This document shows, piece after piece, positions 13,484-27,103 of a stretch of DNA of 64,000 nucleotides. This DNA is from Narcine bancroftii (taxonomy: Eukaryota). Position 1 is the stretch's first letter. Every line of letters begins with the position of its first letter. Below the pieces are notes generated by a model that searched no databases, was not told the DNA's origin, and saw only the letters and a program-made list of their open reading frames with translations. Position numbers and translations under genes: made by a program. Location of the stretch: NCBI RefSeq assembly GCF_036971445.1, contig NC_091477.1, forward strand, positions 108,190,001 to 108,254,000, in the 5' to 3' direction.

Positions 13484-14290
13484 TCATCAAGTCAAGTTTA
13501 TTGTCATCAGATTGTACAAGAACAACTTGATGAAACAGTGTTTTCTGGTCATCGGTGCAAAACATGCAGGCACGCAACCGACCTAACACACATACAAACA
13601 ATGCACATGAATGCCAGTATTCACATAAATTAATAGACATTGTTTCATGAATATGAGAGTTTTGGATGGTTACTGTGAGCAGCTCCTTTGGTCATTCAGC
13701 ACTCTCACTGCCCTTGGGAAGAAGCCGTTTCTCAGCCTGGTTCTGAAACTTCTGTATCTCTTATCCGACGGGAGCAGCTGGAAGATGCTGCGTGGAAGGG
13801 ATCCTCAATGATTTTGCACCCCCTGTTCAGACAACAATCCTGGTAGATCACATCACCAGTGATCCTTTCTCCCACACTGATGCAGTTGGATAGGTCACTC
13901 TTGATAGAGCTTCTATAAAAGGTTGACATAATGGTGCCCTGTAGCCTGTTGCATTTTCCTGACAAGTGAGATGTTGAGTGTCACAATAGGTCACTAGTTA
14001 AGTGACCTCTAAGTAACTTGGGGCTCTCCACTCTCTACTACAGGGTTGCTGATGTGCAATGGAGGGAGGGTGGTCATTATTGGTCCTGCTGAATCCACAA
14101 TCACATCCTTAGTCTTGTCCATGTTGAGACTTGAGTTGACATTTTCCACATCTCTGTATTGCGACTTACTGTTGCTGAGGAGGTCAACTACTGTCGTGCC
14201 ATCTGCAAACTGGATGACGCTGCTGGAGCTGGATCTGGCGATGCAGTCGTGGGTCAGTTGCGTGATCAGGTGCAGGCTGACCACACAGCA
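13484..14290 (-). mobile_element. Rex1/Babar-like LINE fragment
   Basis: QFADGTTVV (FADD remnant), TFYRSSI; tail gatgacaataaacttgacttga. Confidence 0.7.
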
Positions 14291-14703
14291 CAATCATCGC
14301 TCTAGCTCCATTTTCCTGCCTACTCCCCATAGTCCTCAACAACTTGACGGTGTTAAAACCCCAATTTATACTATGCAGCAATTTGATACCCTTGCCGGGA
14401 CGGCATCTGGTCACTCCCCTGACCTCCGTTCTGTTTCCCATACGGTTTTTAAAATGACCAACTTCCCGTTGAGATGCACCATTGGAGTCACAAAAAATGA
14501 AACTTTTTAAAAAATGTAACGTGCAGGGGTGTGAAAACGAGGCGAAAAAGGTCCGGAAATAACTTCCAGCTTGGCACCAAAAGCCCCAGGAACAGTGAAG
14601 GACTCGGCCACCAAAACTCTGAATTCCAAACGTTTTGTGACTTTTGGGAAAGAAGTTCATCATCACATCAAACTCAGCAGATCCTGCAGCATCCACAAGG
14701 GTT

Positions 14704-16227
14704 CTCTCCTCTCCCCTCCCCCCTCCCCTCCCCCCACCTCCCCTCCTCCCTCCGCCCCCTCCCCCCNNNNNNNNNNNNNNNNNNNNNNNNNNNNNNNNNN
14801 NNNNNNNNNNNNNNNNNNNNNNNNNNNNNNNNNNNNNNNNNNNNNNNNNNNNNNNNNNNNNNNNNNNNNNNNNNNNNNNNNNNNNNNNNNNNNNNNNNNN
14901 NNNNNNNNNNNNNNNNNNNNNNNNNNNNNNNNNNNNNNNNNNNNNNNNNNNNNNNNNNNNNNNNNNNNNNNNNNNNNNNNNNNNNNNNNNNNNNNNNNNN
15001 NNNNNNNNNNNNNNNNNNNNNNNNNNNNNNNNNNNNNNNNNNNNNNNNNNNNNNNNNNNNNNNNNNNNNNNNNNNNNNNNNNNNNNNNNNNNNNNNNNNN
15101 NNNNNNNNNNNNNNNNNNNNNNNNNNNNNNNNNNNNNNNNNNNNNNNNNNNNNNNNNNNNNNNNNNNNNNNNNNNNNNNNNNNNNNNNNNNNNNNNNNNN
15201 NNNNNNNTCCCCCTCTTCCTCTCCTCTCCCCCTCTTCCTCTCCTCTCCCCCTCTTCCTCTCCTCTCCCCCTCTTCCTCTCCTCTCCCCCTCTTCCTCTCC
15301 TCTCCCCCTCTTCCTCTCCTCTCCCCCTCTTCCTCTCCTCTCCCCCTCTTCCTCTCCTCTCCCCCTCTTCCTCTCCTCTCCCCCTCTTCCTCTCCTCTCC
15401 CCCTCTTCCTCTCCTCTCCCCCTCTTCCTCTCCTCTCCCCCTCTTCCTCTCCTCTCCCCCTCTTCCTCTCCTCTCCCCCTCTTCCTCTCCTCTCCCCCTC
15501 TTCCTCTCCTCTCCCCCTCTTCCTCTCCTCTCCCCCTCTTCCTCTCCTCTCCCCCTCTTCCTCTCCTCTCCCCCTCTTCCTCTCCTCTCCCCCTCTTCCT
15601 CTCCTCTCCCCCTCTTCCTCTCCTCTCCCCCTCTTCCTCTCCTCTCCCCCTCTTCCTCTCCTCTCCCCCTCTTCCTCTCCTCTCCCCCCTTCCTCTCCTC
15701 TCCCCCTCTTCCTCTCCTCTCCCCCTCTTCCTCTCCTCTCCCCCTCTTCCTCTCCTCTCCCCCTCTTCCTCTCCTCTCCCCCTCTTCCTCTCCTCTCCCC
15801 CTCTTCCTCTCCTCTCCCCCTCTTCCTCTCCTCTCCCCCTCTTCCTCTCCTCTCCCCCTCTTCCTCTCCTCTCCCCCTCTTCCTCTCCTCTCCCCCTCTT
15901 CCTCTCCTCTCCCCCTCTTCCTCTCCTCTCCCCCTCCCTCTCCTCTCCCCCTCCCTCTCCTCTCCCCCTCCCTCTCCTCTCCCCCTTCCTCTCCCCCTCC
16001 CTCTCCTCTCCCCCTCCCTCTCCTCTCCCCCTCCCTCTCCTCTCCCCCTCCCTCTCCTCACCCCCCTCCCTCTCCTCACCCCCCTCCCTCTCCTCACCCC
16101 CCTCCCTCTCCTCACCCCCCTCCCTCTCCTCACCCCCCTCCCTCTCCTCACCCCCCTCCCTCTCCTCACCCCCCTCCCTCTCCTCACCCCCCTTCCTCTC
16201 CTCACCCCCCTCCCTCTCCTCACCCCC
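14704..16227. repeat. polypyrimidine/polypurine minisatellite in NCBP2 intron 1, spanning an assembly gap
   Basis: 19-bp unit CCTCTTCCTCTCCTCTCCC grading into 18-bp units (CCCCTCCCTCTCCTCACC); 441 N at 14767-15207. Confidence 0.95.
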
Positions 16228-16362
16228 GACTTCTTATGGATGCTGCGTGACCTACTTAAACGTCTCCAGCACATCTTTGCCTCTCCAGACTTCCTTGGTG
16301 AACCGTTAACCCCATCCCGAACGCTTGGGAGGGGGTTTGGGGGAGCATCGCGGACTCTTTAC

Positions 16363-16431
16363 CCGAAAATGCTGGTCTCGGTAATCGCTCAGCTCCACGC
16401 GAGAATCGCTGTTGAGGGCGTTCAGCGACAT
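16363..16431 (-). CDS. NCBP2: NCBP2 coding exon 1
   Basis: ATG...MSLNALNSDSRVELSDYRDQHFR|gtaaag; joined CDS 69+182+139+99 = 489 nt = 162 aa plus stop. Confidence 0.93.
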
Positions 16432-16784
16432 TGATATGACTTCGGCCTCCAACGAGCCCAACTCCAGCACCGGGAACAATCCACCCAGCGGCCGGTCCAA
16501 CGCCAAATGCGTCCGTGTGATCTCCCGCTCCCTGGTGCAGTCCCCACGTATTTATCCGCAGGCTTGGAGCCCTGTTAACGGAGTAATCACCCCTATCCTG
16601 AGAGATTCTCCTCTGCATTCGTTTATCCTGCTCGTGTGCACCGATTAGAAAAAAAAACAACCGACACCTGTTAAATTGAGATCAATAAGATTGAGATCAA
16701 TAAGATTGAGAGAGTGCAGAGCTTTACTGGAATGTTATCCTGGCTTCAGTAACTGTTAAGATTTTAATTCCCTGGGGTGTGGAA

Positions 16785-17045
16785 GAATGAGATCGAGAAC
16801 CATGAGGGGGGCAGAGTAAATGTGAGTAAGTGGGTGAGATCCAAACCAGAGGGCGAAAGGGGACAGGTTTCGGGTGATCTTCCTCAGTGGGAGAGTTGGA
16901 ACGAGCTGCCAACTAAAGTGATGAATGTGAGCTCAACTTTAACATTTAAGAAGAACTTAGACAGGAGGGGCGCAGGTCCACTGGGGCTAGTGAGAACCCT
17001 CGTTCGGCGCGGATTAGAAGGGCCCGGTTTTGTTATGTCGATGAG
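16785..17045 (+). mobile_element. CR1 3' end fragment
   Basis: tggaacgagctgcca...tttaagaagaacttagacagg; similar to the 3' end of the CR1 at 52845-54395. Confidence 0.6.
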
Positions 17046-17052
17046 TTAAATT

Positions 17053-18765
17053 GGAACCATTAAAGTGACGGAACCATCAAAGTGACGGACCCGGCGGCCG
17101 AGTGCTAACATGGTGGAAAGTGACGGAACCATTAAAGTGACGGACCCGGCGGCCGAGTGCTAACATGGTGAAAAGTGACGGAACCATTAAAGTGACGGAC
17201 CCGGCGTCCGAGTGCTAACATGGTGGAAAGTGACGGAACCATTAAAGTGACGGACCCGGCGGCCGAGTGCTAACATGGTGGAAAGTGACGGAACCATTAA
17301 AGTGACGGACCCGGCGGCCGAGTGCTAACATGGTGGAAAGTGACGGAACCATTAAAGTGACGGACCCGGCGGCCGAGTGCTAACATGGTGGAAAGTGTCG
17401 GAACCATTAAAGTGACGGACCCGGTGGCCGAGTGCTAACATGGTGGAAAGTGACGGAACCATTAAAGTGACGGACCCTGCGTCCGAGTGCTAACATGGTG
17501 GAAAGTGACGGAACCATTAAAGTGACGGACCCGGCGGCCGAGTGCTAACATGGTGGAAAGTGACGGAACCATTAAAGTGACGGACCCGGCGGCCGAGTGC
17601 TAACATGGTGGAAAGTGTCGGAACCATTAAAGTGACGGACCCGGTGGCCGAGTGCTAACATGGTGGAAAGTGACGGAACCATTAAAGTGACGGACCCTGC
17701 GTCCGAGTGCTAACATGGTGGAAAGTGACGGAACCATTAAAGTGACTGACCCGGCGTCCGAGTGCTAACATGGTGGAAAGTGACGGAACCATTAAAGTGA
17801 CGGACCCGGCGGCCGAGTGCTAACATGGTGGAAAGTGTCGGAACCATTACAGTGACGGACCCGGCGGCCGAGTGCTAACATGGTGGAAAGTGACGGAACC
17901 ATTAAAGTGACGGACCCGGTGGCCGAGTGCTAACATGGTGGAAAGTGACGGAACCATTAAAGTGACGGACCCGGTGGCCGAGTGCTAACATGGTGGAAAG
18001 TGACGGAACCATTAAAGTGACGGACCCGGCGTCCGAGTGCTAACATGGTGGAAAGTGACGGAACCATTAAAGTGACGGACCCGGCGGCCGAGTGCTAACA
18101 TGGTGGAAAGTGTCGGAACCATTACAGTGACGGACCCGGCGGCCGAGTGCTAACATGGTGGAAAGTGTCGGAACCATTAAAGTGACGGACCGGGCGGCCG
18201 AGTGCTAACGAGATGGAAAGTGACGAGAACCATTAAAGTGACGGACCCGGCGGCCGAGTGCTAACGTGGTGGAAAGTGACGGAACCATTAAAGTGACGGA
18301 CCCGGTGGCCGAGTGCTAACATGGTGGAAAGTGACGGAACCATTAAAGTGACGGACCCGGTGGCCGAGTGCTAACATGGTGGAAAGTGACGGAACCATTA
18401 AAGTGACGGACCCGGCGTCCGAGTGCTAACATGGTGGAAAGTGACGGAACCATTAAAGTGACTGACCCGGCGTCCGAGTGCTAACATGGTGGAAAGTGAC
18501 GGAACCATTAAAGTGACGGACCCGGCGGCCGAGTGCTAACATGGTGGAAAGTGTCGGAACCATTAAAGTGACGGACCGGGCGGCCGAGTGCTAACGTGAT
18601 GGAAAGTGACGGAACCATTAAAGTGACGGACCCGGCGGCCGAGTGCTAACATGGTGGAAAGTGTCGGAACCATTAAAGTGACGGACCGGGCGGCCGAGTG
18701 CTAACGTGATGGAAAGTGACGGAACCATTAAAGTGACGGACCCGGCGGCCGAGGGCTAACGTGGT
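17053..18765. repeat. 55-bp CpG-rich tandem array, ~31 copies, between NCBP2 and NCBP2AS2
   Basis: Unit ATGGTGGAAAGTGACGGAACCATTAAAGTGACGGACCCGGCGGCCGAGTGCTAAC; period 55 (17111, 17166, 17221); no spacers. Confidence 0.97.
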
Positions 18766-18768
18766 TGA

Positions 18769-19011
<243 letters not shown>

Positions 19012-20261
19012 AAACGGGCCTGGCGTCGCTCCCGGACCTGCAGCTGGAGCAGGATGATTGTGGGAAGGAGCTGTCCCGGGAGGGCGTTTGTCGCAGGTGG
19101 CGGCGTCCGGGCCTGATAATGCAGCCGAGAGTCGAATTGGGGACACGATCGAATCCCAGCCCAGGCCACATTATCCACCACCACTTTACTCAGAGACACG
19201 GAGGCCTCACAACTCGTTTTGCTGGAATTATTTCAAACCATAAATGATGACAACTTAAATTTACGCTGTAGAGCCCTTTCTCCGTTAAAGCATGAAATTG
19301 GAGCACGTCGTCGTAAACAAAAGCATGGAAACTCCCATTTACTTACCATGAACTCTAGAAATTCCACCGTTATCTAATTCATGCCCAGCCTTGGGCTGTG
19401 GAAAGAAGTGAAGCGGTCGGGAAGAATGTGCAAACTCGCACAGAGCCCCGGAATTAAACACGGGACAGTTGGAGCGGCCAGACAGTAAGTACTGGTCATG
19501 CCACTGAACTCCAATCAAGAGGCACGGACCAGTGAAAGTCTGGCCTTTTAGCACAGACAATTCTGGACAAAAGTGCAGATTTTCAGTGTTTGCAATTCCA
19601 GGGCCTTTGGTAATGGTGCACACATTTTAAATTCATATTGCAAGAGATTTCTTTTGTTGAGGGGAAATCAACATGGAGGTGGAGGATCATTTGTTTTTGT
19701 ATAATGTCTTGAATAAAAACGGCCCCAGGCAACTCACAATATTCATCCGACCATTTCTTTATCTGGCTTATTCTTTGGGATTGAACCAGATAAACACATA
19801 TTAGAGTGAATCATGAAAGGGTAAAAATCCAAAATCTTGGATGAAAACAATAGCATAAAAGAGGAAAGAACCTCAAGATATTATTTAGACACAAAGATGG
19901 GGTCCTGAAAATGATGTATAGTAATATTTATTATGATGCAGAGGAGTTTGTTTTGTCCGATGTTTCCCAGCAAAACCATCCCATCAGCTCATTTATCCTC
20001 ATCCTATTTCCCTGGGGTCCTGCTATTTATCTATATCACTTATCTAATTCCTATTTTGACTTTTCTGACATTTACCTACATGAAGGGATAATTTACAGTA
20101 GCTGTTTAAATTACCCAGAGGAAACCCAGATGATTACTTTCAACTATACACCCATCTTAAATCTCTTGGTTCTTGTATTCCATTCAAAATTGTGCCTTCT
20201 CATTTTAGATGAGATACTATTTATTGTCATGTAATAAAACAGAAATATATTACACTGAAGA

Positions 20262-20960
20262 TGCAGTGATTGAAGTAAAAACCCAATGCTGGAGAAACTT
20301 AGCAGGTTAAACAGCGTACTTTATAGAGTAAACATAAAGATACATAATCAACGTGCTCCATGGCAACCTTCTCTATAGAGACTGAACGCAGGCTGGGAGA
20401 TAGCTTCACTGAGCATCTCTCATTTTCTAAAGATGTGTGGTAGATTAATTATTTTGTGTAAATTATCCTTTAATGTAGGAAAATGGCAAAAGACTCTTGA
20501 TCTGCATCAATTATAGGGATCTCTCAGTAGCCACCCTTCATTTCTCCACCCCACTCCCACACCAACATGTCTATCCATGGCCTCGTCCTCTGCCAAACCA
20601 AAGCCACCCGTAAATTTGAGGAGCAACACATAATATTCAGTCTGTTACTCACCAACCTCTAACATCGACCTCCAGTTTCTGCTGGACTACTCCCCATTCT
20701 CCCTCTCTTCCCTATCCCTGTCTCCTTTTCTCCGGCTCTACACCCCTTCCCTCTTCATTCAGAGCTATGCCACTCCCTGTTTTCTCTTGTGCCCTCCTTC
20801 CTTTATTCATCCAATACCTCTTGCCAGTGTACCTCTTGCTGCCCCTCCCCCTACCATTTTATTCAGGCACATTTTGCTCAGCCTTGATGAAGGGCTCAGA
20901 CTGAAACACTGATTATGTATCTTTATCTTGGCTCTATAAAGTATGTGTTTCTCCAGCATT
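20262..20960 (+). mobile_element. Penelope-like (GIY-YIG) remnant
   Basis: GET.RRLGD.F.EH-like remnant and ttgatgaagggctcag..tgaaac terminal motif; related copies at 28765-29085 and 42340-43190. Confidence 0.55.
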
Positions 20961-21838
20961 GTTACAGATAGTGCTGAATTCAAATTCAAGTAGCTGGTGT
21001 TGAAATAGCATTAACCATTACACTAACCATCCTACCCTTCATATCTTTGTATGTTTATTAAGATTCTTTTCACAGTTCTCTGAATCTCCAAAGTTGTCAC
21101 TTCCAAACTTATGGACAGCACCCTATTTAAAGGGCAAATGATTAAATTGTATTAACATAATTAACAAAAGCAATTCTTGTACCAACCCCTGATGTACTCC
21201 ACTGCAAAAATGTTCTGTGCATGCCTCTATCATATATATTACAACATAGGAGACTACTCGGCTCATCATATCTATGCTGGCTTCCTTAAATTCTATTCCC
21301 CCTTGACTTCCATGATTGTAGCCTTGCACATAACCATTATCATCTGCTTTTTATTCTTTTGCCATCCCTACATGAAAGGATAATTTACACAAAACAATTA
21401 ATCTAACAAACATCTTTAAAAAATGAAAGGAAACCTGAGAACCCAGAGAAAGCCTATGCTGTCACAGGGAGATTGCACAGATAACTCCTGAGGTTAAGAT
21501 CAAACATCAAGCTGTGGCACCACGTCACAACTCTCTCACAAAAGGTCTGAAATAGAAGAGTGCTTGGGGTGTAAGGTGAATGGCTGGAAAATTTATGAAT
21601 TATATATGGTTTCTGATGTTTCACCAATGGAGATTAGACTTGTTTTTACAATTTAAGGTGATTTTTTTTTAAATTGTAATGTTATAATAGGTTTTGTGAT
21701 TCAATTCCTGTGGCCAATGTCCAAGAGTGATTCACACCTGAAATCCTGAATTATGTCAGATTCAATAAATATTCTGAAACTATTATTTCAATGGTAATAA
21801 TAATCAAATTATTAATTAATAAACTATTAGACTAATAA

Positions 21839-22443
21839 CACTGGGCAATTAAGATTTTTCTTCCTGATCATTTTTGGGTGAATTTTATGGACTTTGGGCT
21901 GCTGAGCACACACACACATAAAAAAGAACGCCTTAAGTTTTCCTATCACATTGATGTTTAGCTACAACCTATTTTTGTGATTTCTTGCATATTTTAAGTC
22001 TACTTCAAGGATACAAAACCACAAAGTGCAACATGTCACTGAAAATTCATTTTCCTCATTCGCACTTGGAACTTCTTTGTTGATCTTGATGTAGTCAGTG
22101 ATAAACCTGGTAAAAGGTTTCACCAGGATATTGCGACCCTGAAAAAGCAGTATCAGGTTAACTGGAATTCATCAATGCTGGCCAACTATTGTTGGAGACG
22201 AGAGGCATCAGATGCTGAGTATAAATGAAAAATCAGTTGAATTGACACATTATGCGATTAAATGTGCTAAATTCATTAAATGTTCATTTAATGTTTCTCT
22301 TAACTTTCTACATGATACAGCAAATCTGAAATTATTTTTTGTGTTCAGATTGAATTTGTCTATCATATTGAATTTGTCTATCATAATCCCCTTTTTCTTT
22401 CCAGGAACTTTCAAAATTTTTTTTTTTAATTTGTTGTTTGGTG
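21839..22443 (+). mobile_element. Chapaev3-like (CMC) DNA transposon deletion derivative
   Basis: taa|CACTGG...GTG|taa termini; transposase remnant CNMSLKIHF.HSHL / VSD..G.RFHQDIATLKKQYQ.NWNSSMLA.YCW with one frameshift. Confidence 0.6.
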
Positions 22444-22486
22444 TAATCCAGACCGTGAATTTGACATCCTGCTCAACCATTTAGAC

Positions 22487-22602
22487 CAGTGTCTTTCAAA
22501 CGTTTCTTTCCACTCACATACCACTTTAAGTAATCCCTGTGCCATAAATGCTTTTTGATTAGAATAGTATGTGAATGGAAAGAAAAAGTTTTAAAACCAC
22601 TA
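22487..22602. mobile_element. short hAT/Charlie-like MITE
   Basis: cagtg...cact termini; degenerate 8-bp TSD atttagac/atttaggg; same internal hairpin motif as 29999-30347. Confidence 0.55.
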
Positions 22603-22624
22603 ATTTAGGGAATTCTAAAATACT

Positions 22625-22875
22625 AACTTTTTTTTTTTAATTTTTTTTATTTTTCACACAATGAACCATATTGACCAAAATACACATAAACATTTCCCTC
22701 TTGAATATACACAGTGTCATTTTCTGCCCTTTCTCCCCCCCTCCCTTCCCTCCCTCCTTCCCATCCCCTCCCCACCCACTAAATGTTCAACATATATGAT
22801 ACATTAAACCCATTAAACAATGTCATCACACAATGAAAATAAACAAGAAAATTGAGTCATCTACTTTTACACATG
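22625..22875 (-). mobile_element. L1-like 3' end with poly(A) tail
   Basis: poly-T run and TTTATT on the plus strand, followed by a C-rich tract typical of an antisense L1 3' UTR. Confidence 0.55.
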
Positions 22876-23004
22876 GATGCTGAGTGTTTCTAGCATTTTA
22901 TTTTTATTTCTGATTCTAGCATGTTCAATTCCAGCACATCTGCAAAGAAACCTCGAAAATACAGAAGAACAAAATAGATAAAATCAGCAAAAACACAGCA
23001 GACT

Positions 23005-24605
23005 TCAAGTTTTAGAATTCTTTCCTATTATCTGTACCTTGAAAATGTAAAGACTCAGCTGGCTCAGTATATCGTTGGAAAAAATTTTAGAAATATCAGG
23101 AGGGTCTTCCATAGACAAATGGGGGAAGAAGGAGGCATTAGATTTCCATTGAAAGTTACAATAATTAAAGGTATATTCTAGAGTACCTGGAGCAATGATG
23201 TAAATATATATTTGGTTATTCTCAAAAGAAGAAAAGTTCCCAAAAAATCTATTCACTGTGCTGTTGAGCACAGAAACATCAGACCCTCCTAGATCAATGA
23301 TTCTGATTGATTCTTGGTCTGTTTTGACATTCAGGAGATGTCTAGGAGGCATATAAGTGTGATAAAATATCAAAATGTATTCCTCTTGGTCAATTACAGA
23401 ATCTTTTAAATGGAGAGCTTTTTCTAAATAGGAAATACAAGGAATCAAGCCACCCTGGTGTAGACAGCCAAAAAATACTGAACATAAAATGTTAAAGAGA
23501 ACAATTACAGTTTTCCACCTCAATGTCTTATGTTTTAAAATATAATGAAGAACAACTGGTACAATAAGTGGACTAAGAAATCGTCCTTCCTGATGACAAA
23601 ATAAAGAAAGAACAATCATAGGAACAAAATAAACCAAAATTAAATATTCAGTCATTGCCAATCTCTGTTCACATTGCTGTCCTTTTGGAACGTGACTTTC
23701 CCCACTGCGCACAAGTTTGCTAATTAGGATTTGGATACCAGATGCACAGGCTGACAAATGAAGAGTACCAAACAGTACAAGACCATTCACAGTCAGATGT
23801 GTAAACCAGGGATGTCTCCCATGTGAAGAAAGATTTTCCCAATCCAAGTTGTACACAATGAAATTGAGAGGAGTTACCGCTACATGTTGTCGTAGATTAG
23901 CAATGTGTTTATGTACAGCATTTTCAGTGTTCAAAAAGCAGTGAATTTCAGAAATCATTACACCAAAATATAATGTATCTATCATAATGAAAGTAAAAGT
24001 GGTTACAATTACAGAGGAAAAAATGCCAAACATATTGGACAAAATCGTTCTAAAACTGAACTGAAATGTGCCTTTCTGATCATGAGAAAGCCAGAGGAAC
24101 ACTGGCACTAAAGCATAAACTAGGAACGTGGGCCTATTAAAAATACCCGAGGCCAAAAGAATCCCAACCAGATAAACATTCTTCTTTCTGTTCTTTTCCC
24201 CAACATCGGATGTCACGTTTGTTTGCTTTGTGTCGACAGCCACTAATAACAGCAGCAATGAGAAAAGACCTGCTTCTATAGAATTTGAAAATGTTCTGGT
24301 GTGAAAAACCAACATCACATGTGACACACTCAACAGTGTTAAAGCATTCCATGGGTCTGCATCCCAGAGACAGGCTATACTGTATACTGTGTAGTCTAAT
24401 ATAAAAGACAGGCATGTCAGATAAAATCTGGGTAAAACCAACAAAGTATAACTGTTTACAATGTTGTCAAATAGGCCACAGTTTTCCAAATTTTTAAGTA
24501 CTGTGAATGAAAATCCTGTTGTGGCTAATGGGAAAAAAACTGATCTGCTAGGATAACACGTATTGAATTCCCAGGGGTGGACGGTTTTCAACTTGAAAAT
24601 GTCAC
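23005..24605 (-). CDS. PIGZ: PIGZ paralogue A, large last coding exon (GPI mannosyltransferase 4)
   Basis: tttgtag| phase-1 acceptor; open frame with WEF..YPSRS, TRTFSNSIE, FNRPTF, HGRHPWFTH, HQEGRF, HQGG and HTYMPP motifs (GT22 SMP3/PIGZ); multiple hydrophobic segments. Confidence 0.92.
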
Positions 24606-25879
24606 CTACAAAGAAAGGATAAGGAGCTTGATAGAAACATAAATTACTTTATATAATCTACTTAATTCTTTAAAAAATGCTGTATATATTTGTTTTAGCT
24701 TGTTAATGTGAACCATAAACTGAAAACCGAAACAAGCAAATAGTGAAATTATGAGATACTGCCTCAATGGAAATACTGAAATTAAACCTCCTATTTCTCC
24801 TTTTCTGAACACAAAAATCGAGAGGGCTGAGATATTGATAATATTATTTAAGGTACATCAAGATTTAAAAGTAATGTATTTGGAGAACTAATTAAACAGC
24901 TGAATTATGAAACCTAAATAATAATCTTAAATATGGGCATATATAAACACCTAGAAAGATTTAGGTATGGAGGGATCTGGATGTCCAAGTACATGATTTA
25001 AAAAAGTGATTAGCAAGTCATTAGGAAAGTTAAAAGAATGTAATTGTTTAATGTTAGGTGAACTGAATAAAAGAAGCAGAGAAGTTCAGAGTCTCAAAAA
25101 AAAAGGGTCCTGACATGAAACTTTAACTGTACATCTCTCACTACGAATAAACAAGGAAGTGCTGGAAGAACTCTATGGGTCAGACAGCATCCATGGGTAG
25201 AAATGGTCAATGTTTCAGGTGGGGACTCTTTATTGAGACTAAAGATTTAAAAGGGTGAATATAAAGGAGGAAAGAAGCTGATAGAGGGACCTGGAGGTGA
25301 TAGGATATTGGATGGGTGGAGGGACACAACACTGGGAAGGGGGGGCCGGGGGGAGGGAGAAAAGTTACAAAGTGCAGGAATGGGTAAGTACATGGAATGC
25401 AGTCTAACCTGCTGCATTCCTCCAGCAGCTCATTCTTTGCTCAAAATCCCAGCACCTGCTGTCATTGTATGGGTGTCTATCTCGGTCTCTCTTTATATAC
25501 ATATACACACAGCCTGCTGAGTCCCCTAGTTTCTCATTCCACTTGCAGGGAAGTTGTTATCTATATGGGTCACATCTAGAGCATGTTTACAGTGATGGTC
25601 TTGTTTAAAAACATCAAAATAGTGGGAGGAGTTCAGAGAAGGTAAACCAGATTGACATCTGGAAAGAGTTGATTGTCTTATAAGGAAAGGTTTGGCTTGA
25701 ATTTGAGCTGTTTGAGTTCAGAAGACTAAAGGGTAAGTTAACTGAATCATTCAAGATCTTGATTGTTGATGGGGTGGATGTAGGGAGGATATTTTCTCTT
25801 GTGTGAAAATTGAGAATTTAGAACTAGGGTTATATTTAAAAACAAAGGGCTGCCAAGAGATTTACAACAGATGTAATGA

Positions 25880-26815
25880 CCCCTCTCTGAAACTGGATTC
25901 TGGATCACAGCCTGTTCAGGTCAGTAACAGGACAAAAAGCGCTAACGCTGAGTACTGGCGCTCACCCTCTCCTATTCACACTTCTGACCCACAACTGCAT
26001 CACTAGATCCATCGAGTTTGCAGATGGCACAACAGTAGTCGGCATCACACAGGGAAGAGGTAGTGAGAGCAATAACCTGAGTCTCAATGTGGACAAGACA
26101 AAGGAGATGTTAATGGACTTCAGGAGAACCAGGAACCACACATCAACAACTCTGTAGCGGAAAGCACCAAGTTCCTTCGAGTTCACTTAACTAGTGACCT
26201 TTCATGGACTGGACACCCAACATCTCCTTACTTGTTAGGAAGGCACAACAGTAACCACTTCCTGAGAAGTCTGAAGTGGACAAGGCTACCGACCGTCAAT
26301 CTTCTACAGGAGCTATCAAGAGCACCATAGATTGCTGCACCACAACAGTTGCTGCAGAGATGTGGATCAGAGGTTATCTACAGGACCACGAGTGGTAAAG
26401 AGGATCAATCATGTCTCTCTCCACCCCATTGACCGTTGTCTAAACAATGGGTCCTAAATTGTTAAGGATCCCTTCCACACCGCACAAGCATCTTTCAGCT
26501 GCTCCATTCAGGAAAGAGATACAGGAGTACTGTATCAGAGCCAGCACCACCAGGCTGAGAAACAGCTTCTTTTCATGGGCAGTGAGAATGTTGAACGACC
26601 AAATGAACTGCTCACATTAACCAATATTCACAAAATAATGTTTCTCTATCTATCCATTCATACATCTATATGTATGAATACTGGCCTGCATATGCATTGT
26701 TTGTGTGTTATGTCTGGTTGTGTGGGTGTGCGTGTGCATGTGCGTGTGTGTGTTTTGCACCGGGGACCGGAGAGGGTTGTACTTGTGCAATCAGATGACA
26801 ATAAATTTGACTTAA
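25880..26815 (+). mobile_element. Rex1/Babar-like LINE fragment in PIGZ-A intron
   Basis: tttgcagatggcacaacagtagt, LNVDKTKEMLMDFRR; tail gatgacaataaatttgactt. Confidence 0.7.
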
Positions 26816-27103
26816 ATTTCTCTGAGAGTTGAATGTTATTAAAACAATGTTTCCTCAAAAGATGATAGAAGCAAAATTTCTAAATGTTTTTAAAGTAGTG
26901 ACTGACAGATTAATAAAGAAATGAAAAAGCACGCAAGGGGAAGGCAGGATAAAGGGGTTCAGGTTACGATCAGAACATACATGATCTTATTCGATGGCTG
27001 AGTGACCTAATTCTGTTCCTAACTGGCATTCACCTGATCAAAATTGATTTAATTCCTTAAACAACGCTACAACTTACCAGAGTGGAAAATAGAATGGACT
27101 AAA

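Noticed and set aside
14184-16434. 559-696 aa ORFs on both strands
   Set aside because: These are read-through of a stop-free C/T minisatellite and an N gap inside NCBP2 intron 1.
17053-18765. CRISPR array
   Set aside because: Units are contiguous with no unique spacers, there are no cas genes, and the context is eukaryotic. The same applies to 31676-31943.
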